NCBI RefSeq assembly: GCF_030144855.1
Contig: NC_082714.1
Coordinates: 115,010,001 to 115,074,000, forward strand
Direction of reading: 5' to 3'
DNA: 64,000 nt
Origin: Hypanus sabinus
Taxonomy: Eukaryota
Position numbers and translations under genes: made by a program. Every line of letters begins with the position of its first letter. Position 1 is the first letter of the stretch. A model generated the notes under the pieces. The model worked only from the letters and a program-made list of their open reading frames with translations, did not search any database and was not told the origin of the DNA. Shown piece after piece: positions 1 to 11,300 of the stretch.

Positions 1-931
1 CTTGTGGCTAAAGGGGTCAGGGGGTATGGAGAGAAAGCAGGTACAGGGTTCTGAGTTGGATGATCAGCCATGAGCATACTGAATGGCGGTGGAGGCTCGA
101 AGGGCCGAATGGCCTACTCCTGCACCTATTTTCTATATGGTCATGCACCTTGGTAGAAGAACTAAATGTGCAAACTATTTGCTAAATGGGAAGAAAATCC
201 AGAAAACTTAGATCCTAAGGGAATCCTTGTGCAGAACACCCCAAAGGTTAACTTGCTGGTTGAGTCAATGTTGAGAAAAGCAAATGCAACGTTAGCATTC
301 ATTTCAAAACACCTAGAATATAAGCGCAGGGATGTATTGTTAAGGCTTTATAAGGCACTGGTGAAACCTCACCTTGAATACTGTGAACAGTTTTGGGCTC
401 CTTATCCAAGGAAAGATGTGCTGGCATTGGAAAGGATTCAGAGGAGGTTCACAAGGATGATTCCGGGAATGAAAGTGGTATCATACGAGGAACTTTTGAT
501 GGCTCTGGGTCTGTACTCACTGGAATTTAGGATGAGGTGGGGGGGGGCGGGGAATCTCATTGAAACCTTTTGAATGTTGAAAAGCTTGGACAGAGTAGAT
601 GTGGAAAGGATGTTTCCCATGGTGGGGGAGTCTAGGACATGAGGGCACAGCCTCAGGATGGAGGGGTCTCAATTTAAAACAAAGATGTCGAGAAATTGTT
701 TTAGCCGGAGGGTGGTGAATTTGTGGAATTTGGTACCACAGGTAGCTGTGGAGGCCAGGTCATTGGATGTACTTAAGATGGAGATTGATAGGTTCTTGTT
801 TGGCCATGGTATCAAAGGTTACGGGGAGAAGGCCAGGGAGTGGGGCTGAGGAGGGGAATTAAAAGGCTCAGCCATGATTGAACAGTGGAGCAGACTCAAT
901 GGGTAAAATGGCCTAGTTCTGTTCCTATGTC
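1..931 (+). mobile_element. CR1 LINE 3' fragments (two abutting copies)
   Basis: LYKALVKPHLEYCEQFWAP, LERIQRRFTRMIPG and CR1-type 3' UTRs. Confidence 0.88.
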
Positions 932-934
932 TTA

Positions 935-1402
935 AGGCTGATTTATACTTGTGCGTCGCATCTATGCCGTAGGTGCTAAATACCCTACACCGTAACTACG
1001 CCATACCCTATGCCGCAGGGTGACGTGGACCTCCCCAAAAAAGTAACTCGCACGTTGCGGCGACGCAGAATGCAACAACTGTGATTGGTCCTCTTGGTAG
1101 CATCACATTTCCTCCTACGCATTTCCGGTTGCTTCTTCTCCACCATGCCTGTACACCGACGCGAAATACTTGAACCAAATCATCAAATCTACTTGCTGGC
1201 GTGCGAAAATGCTTGAAATGCATTTCCTCGTCCATGTCTCTCACGAAGAAACTCAAAACAGTGGCATAGGAACCCCACCACCAACTAGCATTTTGGCGCA
1301 CACCAAGGCATGCTCACCATGGCATAGAGCAACGTGGAAGTGAAAATCAGGGCTATGGCGTAGGCTGCGGTATAGCCCGTACTCACAAGTATAAATCAGC
1401 CT
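935..1402. mobile_element. PIF/Harbinger non-autonomous element
   Basis: Perfect 19-bp TIRs AGGCTGATTTATACTTGTG; TTA TSD on both sides; internal transposase-like remnant DEEMHFKHFRTPASRFDDL. Confidence 0.85.
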
Positions 1403-2212
1403 TTATGCATCTTTTGAGCAGCCAGCTTGTGGTCCACAGTCAGTATTATTTGCAAAGATGTGCTTTTAACTGCTTGCAACTTACAACTTACTTTAAGAAC
1501 TGAAGACTCGTTGTTTGAATTAATATCTGCTATATTATTATAACTCCAGAATACTCCCCAACACCATGCAACATGCAAATACAACATATGGGAGACAATT
1601 AAAAAGCTGGAAAGGAAATTCGGAACTTCTTGTGTCTCTCACTTTATTTCTCCATCCCACTCTCACATTTGGCCGCTTGCACAGTTATGAGGTCAAGTGA
1701 AAGCTTGAGCAACAGCATGCCATCTTCTATTTAGGCATGATGCAGTCTTCTGGACTCAACATTTAATTATATCATTTTCTGTAACTCACTGTATGTCACA
1801 TCTCACCATTTCCTTAGCAAGTCATTTGTCTGTGTTACTAGTTCAAGCTTTTCTCTCTTCATTACCACAGTTTCCTTTCTCCAACATTTCCCACAGCCTA
1901 GCACTTCACAAAACATTGTCATGATATCACTCTCTAACTGCCATCATTAATTGACCATCAGTTATTACTTTTACCCATCTATCTTTTGTCCCATTCTTGA
2001 TGCAATTTAAAACTCTTATTTTCAATTCAAAGGGCCTTCAAAGAGAAACATGAACGTTTCTCTTTCCTGACTGAAGTGTTTCCAACATTTTCTGTTTACA
2101 TTACAAAGTAGTAAAGATTCAGAAATAAAATGCCTCTATAATTTTAAATATTAAAGTTTCGTCTTCACACAATAAATTTTCAACACAATTGTATAAATTT
2201 TAAAATTGGCAC

Positions 2213-2309
2213 CTTTGAAGTGGTGTGTTCAGTATCACGTTCAATAGCTGAATAACTCCCTCCACTATGTCGATTGTGGCATCTCGAATTAATCGTCGTA
2301 AAGTCAAGC
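2213..2309 (-). CDS. CCNDBP1: CCNDBP1 coding exon 5 ([32 protein letters not shown])
   Basis: CAG/GTGCCA boundaries, 97 nt. Confidence 0.9.
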
Positions 2310-5300
2310 CTGAGGCAAAAGAAACCTCTCATTAAACACCTAATATGTTTAAACACCTAATACTCATGATCACTTATTTTCTACACATTTTTGGACTTCT
2401 AGCCAAACAGTAAAGGTCACACTAAAGATTTCAACTAGATGGTTAAATACATCTTAGGTAATTCATCCAAAGCAACTTTTAAAAGGACATGGGCTTATGT
2501 AGAAAACACTAATGCATTTTAATTAATAAAATTAGGTACTTAAACACATAATTGCTCAGATCCCACAATGTGGCTCTTCAAAGGATAAAACTGTGAAAAT
2601 ATGGAATAGACAGTGTGAGCAAGAACTGCAAACCTAACAGTTAGACCCAAGGAATAAGGGTAGAAACAGGGAGATTGCTATTTGCCCTTTGGTATAGCTG
2701 TACTTTGGAGCATTTTGTGCTGAGAAAGAAATGAAGGCTTGCAAGAACCTCTAATTAAATATGAAATGTCTCTAAAGACCACTGTGGAATATGTGATGAA
2801 GTATTGTAAAATTTATTTGATTCAATACTAACCTTGGAACACTAAAGGCAGGATGAGATGAGAGCAGGACTTATTGATACGATCATGGAAGAAGACATTG
2901 ATTAACTTAACACATCTGGTGCAAAGTCAAGGGGAAATGATTGAGAAAACAAAATATTTCTGTTTTGCTTGACCCTGTATGTACATTAATGAGGTTAAGG
3001 AAACAAGTGCTTGAGCAGAACTAACTTAAGCATTTCTGAGCTGTTCTCTTGACATATCAGTACTGTGCAATAAAGCTTCCCTCTACTACAGAGGACTTCT
3101 TGATTTTATTTCGCTTCTACAAACATCAAAACAAAACTGTATTCAAATGAAACAACATACTCAAGGTTCCAACAAATGGACACCAAGATAAGATATTTGG
3201 AGAGTAATAAAGAGGCAAGCATTAACTAAGGCGTTTAGGCAGTAAAGACCTGAAGCTGAATAGGCAATTGCAAATTTGAACTAACTTATTTAGCAAATTT
3301 ACGCTGTTTAGCATTAGTGAGCTGCAAGGATCCGTATGTACATATATCTGCAATGTTTTGATAACACTTATCACATTCTTATCACATCGTCCAACAAGCA
3401 GGAACTCTGGACTTTTGAAGCATTTGTGATCTGAAATGGAGGTTTTGAAACCCAGGCAAATTACTTTTTGTGTATTTCACAGACAATGACAGAAGAGCAC
3501 TAATTTGTCACATTCATTCATTCTTGAAAGGAAATTGTACTTGGAACAAAATTAGAATGCAAAATGTAGTTTTGTATAGGACAGATGTAGAGAAACACCT
3601 AATCGATATACTGTATTCAAGGACACTATACAACCTGTATACATTTTTTGTTTATCAGAGTACCTCCCTGTTTTAATTGAGCATTGACAGCTTTAGAAAG
3701 GAACAGACACTGTACAGTAGAGTAGCGGTTAGAATAATGCTCTACAGCAACAGAGATCAGAAAGTTGGGATTCAATTCCCGCCATTATCTGTAAGGAGTT
3801 TAAACTTTCTCCCCCTGACTAGGGATTTCCTCAGTGCTCCAGTTTCATTCCACATTCGAAAGGTGTACAGGTTGACAAGTAGTAGGCCTGCTATGCTGGT
3901 GCACCTGAGGACTGCCCCCAGCACATCTTGGGACTGTGTTTGTAAATGACGCACATGACACATTTCATAATCTTTAATTATTTTTGCAGACCAAATAAAA
4001 ATTATAACTATTAAACAACAGTCACATTCGTGAGAAGATAGTGGTGCGACGGCAGGGCGCGAGGCCACTCCAGGAATGATTATCTGTTATCCGTAAGTAG
4101 GGGCCATGCACAATCCTGATTTGATGGGGACGGATGTGAGAAGCACAGAGGAACATCTGGTGAAATTTCTGACATGCCTGTTTCGTTGCCGCTGCTACAA
4201 TGCGATTGAAAAATCTCCGGACAGGAAGGCCCCGAATCCTTGGCTTTGCCTGTTGCTTGGCGGCCGGGGCCGGGGTCGAAGCACTCTGCAGAGATGGTGC
4301 TCGGTGTCGGAGGGCTAATCGGAGGATCGAAGTTTTCAGACGGACTCAGAGTTGGCTGTGGTCGGGTGCTTCCAGAGGCTGCATCGGCAAGTTTTGCCGC
4401 ATTGGAGGTTCATGGCAGGCAGAGTTTTTCTTCCTTCTGCCGTCTGCGTGCAATGATGGGCTATCGGGGACTTGGAGACTTTTTTTTTTACTGTGCCCAT
4501 GGTCTGCTCTTATCAAATTACGGTATTGCTTTGCACTGTTGTAACTGTATGTTATAATTATGTGGTTTTTGTCAGTTAGTCTTGGTCTGTCTTGTGTTTA
4601 TGCGATATCATACTGGAGAAACATTGTATCATTTCTTAATGCATGCATTACTAAATGACAATAAATGAGGACTGAGTGTCCTGATAATCTAATCTAATCA
4701 CATCTCTGCTCAATAATGTACTCACTACGGTTTTGGAAACGCCCAGATGGATAAATTTGTAAGCTTTTCAGTACCACTTGCCTTGACTCTTTGGGAACCA
4801 GTAATACACACTGGATAAATTAAGGATGCTCTTCTGAATTTCACTAGTGAGCTTCTGACAGTCCTACACAGAAAACACAGATCAGTAGAATTTGATTACA
4901 CTTTATCAATTGCAAAATTCATAATCTGAAGTTCAACCTTTACACTTACTTGTTCAGATGGCAAAGGAGGCTTTGAAAAGGCCAGACTGAGTTTTGTTGC
5001 TTCTTGAGATACTGCTTTGACACACTCACCTAGAAGAAAAATAAGAGTTATACAATTTTCCATGAAAATACATAGTTGTACAAGTACAGGCTAACGAAAA
5101 AGTATGTAATTGTCCAAATATTTAAACTTTGCTTTATTAATAAAGTAGAACCGTGATTAATTCCTACTGTACTTCCTTTTACATACCAGCACCAACAACC
5201 ACACATCTCCACTCCTATGCTGTAGTAGTGTTTACAAAGTTGTAAAATTAAACATTGGGAGACAATGCTACAACATCATCAAAAGATTTTGTGAATCAGC

Positions 5301-8300
5301 ACTTGAATTCGGTAACAATTCACTTTCTATCCATTGAAAGCTATATTTTTCCCAAAATGTATACCACTTGAAGTTAAAATTAAACTCATAACACCGTTAC
5401 ATATGTAACCCCCTGGGTCGCCTCAGGCTCGCTCAGCTCGTTCCCGTCTAGGGGGAGCAGCCTTCGGCCCCGCCAAACTGGGTAATCAGCTGGTGTGGAT
5501 GCTGTGTGATGTCCCCGCCTCGCCCAAAACCAGACAGTACACCATATGCGATTAAATGAGTACAATTTATAAAGGTTACTATAACTAAGTGATTAATAAC
5601 AATACAGTATATATGAAGAGAAAATTAAAGAAAAGGCGCCAAACTTATCAAAGTCCAAACCACTTCGTGCACAACCGTTGGAGCTCAATTACTGAAGTCT
5701 TCTGGCCACCATTCGATCCCCTCGGAACTCCTCGACTCGCAGCTCAAGACCATCCGAACTCCTCGACTCTCCAAACAGCTCAGGACCCTCCGAGTGGTCA
5801 ACCAAGCACATCTAGCTTCATACCCCCCCCCTCCTCCTCGGAGAATCTCCCGGCCTCGGACCCCCCTTTGGGGTCCGATCCTCGCCCAGCTTAGCGCATT
5901 GCGTCCTCTCTCTCGACCCCCTCGCGCCGATATGCCCAAAAGCCCGTCAACAAAAGCTTACAGACTCAGAAGAAAGAACATTAATCCCCATTTGGTTTAC
6001 AAAGGAATACCATTCTCGGTATCAGTAAATTAGCATTCCTGCTAGTTAACAAAAGGAAACCCTTTCCCAAAATTAACAAAGAAAAAAAAGAAACCCCCTT
6101 TACACACTTCCTCCACCAAATAAAAGTCATGTCCTTATGACTACTAAATAACTCGCCACCTTTCCTGCCAACACACCGTAACCCAAGCACAAACAGTGAC
6201 ATCTCCTCCCCACACAGTAACCCTCACGCCCTGTTCCTCAGGCGCTACTTAGGCCAACTATCTGGGAGTTCCCTAACCCTTCTGAGGCCTCCGTACCCCC
6301 TCACCTAAACCCTTCAGGCTCGGACACAACTGGGGATACCTTGGGCCCACTACCAACTCCTCTCTCAACCTCTCACTCATGCCCCACACTGCACACAGCT
6401 AACCCTCCCCGCTACACCTGACTCAATGGGAGAAGGGCCAAAGGTCTCTTCCTCAATCGAGGGAAAGTCAGCAAAAGGCAGCATGTACCACACATCCAGC
6501 ACATCATCCATCGAATCTGTATTCTTCCTCATTCCTGTGATCGGTAGCTGCTGTTTGACCTTCTCCAAACGGAAACACGTGGCCTGCACTGCTCCCGCAG
6601 TCTCTGCAGCCTCCTGTTCAGTATTCACTGCACTTCTCTCCAGATTTTTCTTCCTCATGACTTCTTCCAGATCAACTTTCAGGTTTTGCACTTCATTTGA
6701 ACTGTCGATGGTCATCTTCAGGTTCCCTTCAAGCTTCCGCTTCTCTCTTCTGAGATTCGTCTGTAATTTCTTCACCTCCGCAAACTCCCCTCTCCGGGTT
6801 CTCAGTTTGCTATTACCCTCAGTCAGACAACTTTCTTCATTCTCTCCAACTTGTAAGTCTTCCGAATGGTTCCAGATCACTTTCTCCAGTCTCTCCGTCT
6901 TCATTTCAAACTTGATTCCGTAGAGACAGTCTCTCACGAGCTGCGACCTTCGCCAGCCCTGGCACGTGTCCTGAAAACACTTTAACTCGGTAGTTCTCAG
7001 CTGCTCCTGCAACGACCTCACTTCATATTCTCCTGAGGCAAATCCAAATACCAAGAGATCATCCACATACACCAAAACTCCAAACGCCTCCACATCCCCT
7101 ATGGTCTTCCACCTGCCCCGCAGGAAGGTTGCAAGGGCTCCAGATATGCCCTGTGGCATCTTTTTGGACCCGAAGACTCCTAGGGAATTTATAACGGCCG
7201 TCTTCTCCTTGTTGGCCCCACTCATCGGGATCTGGCAACATCCATTCCTCAGATCCAGCACCTTAAACCACTTCACACCACTCAGACAGGCCATCGCCTC
7301 TCTGGCCCTCAGGGCCATATTCTGGTCACTGACAGTGTGCCTCTTCAACGCAATATAATCCATACACACGCTGCCTACGTCTTCCACGGCTGTAGGGGCC
7401 AGTCGCCGCAACCTCTCTCTCTCCGAGGTGTCTTCAGCAGTCAACTCCCCTCCCTTGTGGTATTTCGCAGCGTCCACGAAGAGGGTCTCACCCTCAGATA
7501 CTTCCCCCAGGCCGTACCACCACTGGCTCTTGTTTGAATTCGGTATCAGCCCAATGCTGCTACACACGTCCGCACAAGCAGCTCGAAACCCTGGGTGCAT
7601 CGACAATGCCTCCAAACAGCGCTCACCCACCTCCTCTGGGCAGGCTCCCAAGCGCACCAGCAGGATTTTGGTTCTCTCTAGAACAGAAACACTGCCCGTC
7701 TCAACAGGGTCCGGACACATCAGCTTTAACGATTCATGAACCTCAGTCTCCTCCACATTTGCCTCTAAGAGCTCCATTTTCACTGACCAACAACCGTTGT
7801 CTGGATAATCACCGGCACTGGTACCCCGAATCTCCAGTGTCCTCAATGTTGTCAAGGGTAAATGCTTCCAATAACGGTTATGAAACAAATTGTACAGCAA
7901 CTTCACCGGCGCCCCGGTGCCGAGGATGGCTTTAACTTGACTTCCATCCATCCGTAACAACACCTGTGCGCATGGCCCCTCTAAGCCTTCAGGAATAGGG
8001 TCTGTTCCTTTCGGGAGTTCCTTGGTACATTGCTGGGAACGTGCTCCCCCAGAGACCCCAAGCCGTTCCCCCACTGGGCCTCCTCTAAGTTTCCCGACAC
8101 CTCTCGAATCAACGGAACAACTGATCCCCTTGACAGATCCACTTGGCACCACAAGCAATTTATCTGCCCCCCTAGGCAAAAAGGGATACCCTAAAAACTT
8201 CCCACCAATCTCCTGCCACAGATATAATAAGCCCCCCAGCTGCGGCATTTGACTTCCAGTCGAACCACACGCATTTTCCCACACTTTCCCAGAACTGGCA

Positions 8301-11300
8301 GCGGTCACTTCGAGGTAATTGCGCCCGACAGTTCTAACAAAGTCACCAGCCCGCCTACTCAAACTTTCAACCCGTCCCTGTCGCTTTCCCTCAGCCAAGC
8401 ACTGCCACTCACCCAACAACTGAGAGGTCTGCTCCACCCACGCCTCTGCCCCTTTAGGGCTGGACATTATTCCAATAACTGGGCGGAGCTCACCACTGCT
8501 GAAACATCCCAACCTGTCATTCCTCACTCTCCAAACAGTACGGACAACCCATGGTCCCACCACCATTTCGTCAGCACTAGTCGGAAATCGAACAACGACC
8601 TCCAGGCTAGCAACAGCAGCCACCCCACCCAACACACACGTAGCGATAACCAGCAATCGCACACCCACAAAGGCACACCAGCTCTTCGCCGCAGACACAA
8701 TCCAAAGAGGGCGATCCCACAGCTTCCACAGAAATCAACCCCGGTCGAGCACCCCACAATGTAACCCCCTGGGTCGCCTCAGGCTCGCTCAGCTCGTTCC
8801 CGTCTAGGGGGAGCAGCCTTCGGCCCCGCCAAACTGGGTAATCAGCTGGTGTGGATGCTGTGTGATGTCCCCGCCTCGCCCAAAACCAGACAGTACACCA
8901 TATGCGATTAAATGAGTACAATTTATAAAGGTTACTATAACTAAGTGATTAATAACGATACAGTATATATGAAGAGAAAATTAAAGAAAAGGCGCCAAAC
9001 TTATCAAAGTCCAAACCACTTCGTGCACAACCGTTGGAGCTCAATTACTGAAGTCTTCTGGCCACCATTCGATCCCCTCGGAACTCCTCGACTCGCAGCT
9101 CAAGACCATCCGAACTCCTCGACTCTCCAAACAGCTCAGGACCCTCCGAGTGGTCAACCAAGCACATCTAGCTTCATACCCCCCCCTCCTCCTCGGAGAA
9201 TCTCCCGGCCTCGGACCCCCCTTTGGGGTCCGATCCTCGCCCAGCTTAGCGCATTGCGTCCTCTCTCTCGACCCCCTCGCGCCGATATGCCCAAAAGCCC
9301 GTCAACAAAAGCTTACAGACTCAGAAGAAAGAACATTAATCCCCATTTGGTTTACAAAGGAATACCATTCTCGGTATCAGTAAATTAGCATTCCTGCTAG
9401 TTAACAAAAGGAAACCCTTTCCCAACAGTAACAAAGAAAAAAAAGAAACCCCCTTTACACATAGAACATAGAATAGTACAGCACATTAATGGCCCTTCGG
9501 CCCACAATGTTGTGCCGACCTTCAAACCCTGCCTCACATATAACCCCCCACCTTAAATTCCTCCATATACCTGTCTAGTAGTCTCCTAAACTTCACTAGT
9601 GTATCTGCCTCCACCACTAACTCAGGCAGTGCATTCCATGCACCAACCACTCTCTGAGTGAGAAACCTTCCTCTAATATCCCCCTTGAACTTCCCTCCCC
9701 TTACCTTAAAGCCATGTCCTCTTGTATTGAGCAGTGGTGACCTGGGGAAGAGGCCCTGGCTGTCCACTCTGTCTATTCCTCTTTATATCCTGTACACCTC
9801 TATCATGTCTCCTCTCATCCTCCTTCTCTCCAAAGAGTAAACCCCTAGCTCCCTTAATCTCTGATCATAATCCATACTCTCTAAACCAGGCAGCATCCTG
9901 ATAAATCTCCTCTATACCCTTTCCAATGCTTCCACATCCTTCCTATAGTGAGACGACCAGAACTGGACACAGTACTCTTAAGTGTGGCTTAACTAGAGTT
10001 TTATACAGTTGCACCATTACATCGCGACTCTTAAACTCTATCTGTCGACTTATGAAAGCTAACAGCCCATAAGCTTTCTTAACTACCCTATCTACCTGTG
10101 AGGCAACTTTCAGAGATCTGTGGACATGTACCCCCAGATCCCTCTGCTCCTCCACACTACCAAGTATCCTGCCATTTACTTTGTACTCTGCCTTGGAATT
10201 TGTCCTTCCAAAGTGTACCACCTCACACTTCTCTGGGTTGAACTCCATCTGCCACTTCTGCATCCTATCAATGTCTCTCTGCAATCTTCAACAATCCTCT
10301 ACACTATCTACAACACCACCAACCTTTGTGTCGTCTGCAAACTTGCCAACCCACCCTTCTACCCCAACATCCAGGTTGTTAATAAAAATCACAAAAAGTA
10401 GAGGTCCCAGAACAGATCCTTGTGGGACCCCACTAGTCACAATCTGAATGTACTCCCTCCACCACGACCCTCTACTTTCTGCAGCCAATTCTGAATCCAC
10501 CTAGCCAAACTTCCCTGGATCCTGTGCCTTCTGACTTTCTGAATAAGCCTACCATGTGGAACCTTGTCAAATTCCTTACTAAAATCCATGTAGATCACAT
10601 CCACTGCACTACCCTCATCTATATGTCTGGTCACCTCCTCAAAGAACTCTATCAGGCTTCATAGGCATGATCTGCCCTTCACAAAGCCATGCTGACTGTC
10701 CCTGATCAGACCATGATTCTCTAAATGCCCATAGATCCTATCTCTAAGAATCTTTTCCAACAGCTTTCCCACCACAGACGTAAGGCTCACTGGTCTGTAA
10801 TTATCTGGACTATCCCTACTACCTTTTTTGAACAAGGGGACAACATTCGCCTCCCTGCAATCTTCCGGTACCATTCCCGTGGACAACGAGAACATAAAGA
10901 TCCTAGCCCTAGGTTCAGCAATCTCCTCCCTTGCCTCGTGGAGCAGCCTGGGGAATATTCCGTCAGGCCCCAGGGACTTATCCATCCTAATGTATTTTAA
11001 CAACTCCAACACCTCTTCTCCCTTAATATTAACATGCTCCAGAACATCAACCTCACTGATATTGTCCTCACCGTCAATGTTATGAAATGTTCAGATTCTA
11101 AACAGGTAAGTGTACCGATGGACTTACTACGCAATTTAATCACAGTCAATTTATCTACCACAAATGCTGAGAATAGAAAGATATCTAAATATCCCAGTGT
11201 AACAAAATTATAAAATAATAGTAGTGACAGCTGAAGCATGTACATTTAAAATGTTGAAAATCTAGTTATTTATATTAGGGACAAATAGCTAAAGTTATGA

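Larger units (their letters stand above)
5404..9459 (-). mobile_element. Non-autonomous Ty3/Gypsy LTR retrotransposon, recent insertion
   Basis: TG...CA LTRs at 5404-6104 and 8760-9459; CATA TSD at 5400-5403 and 9460-9463; tRNA-Pro-like PBS (TGGGGTGCTCGACCGGG) next to the right LTR; purine tract GGTGGAGGAAGTG next to the left LTR. Confidence 0.95.

Noticed and set aside
5589-6033. ORFs inside the LTRs (also 8945-9388)
   Set aside because: Antisense to the element, non-ATG starts, and the frame differs between the two LTRs through a C-run indel
8567-8698. Signal or transmembrane peptide, or env gene, at the start of the Gypsy ORF
   Set aside because: Hydrophobic stretch lies upstream of the first ATG in GT-rich sequence; no env motifs
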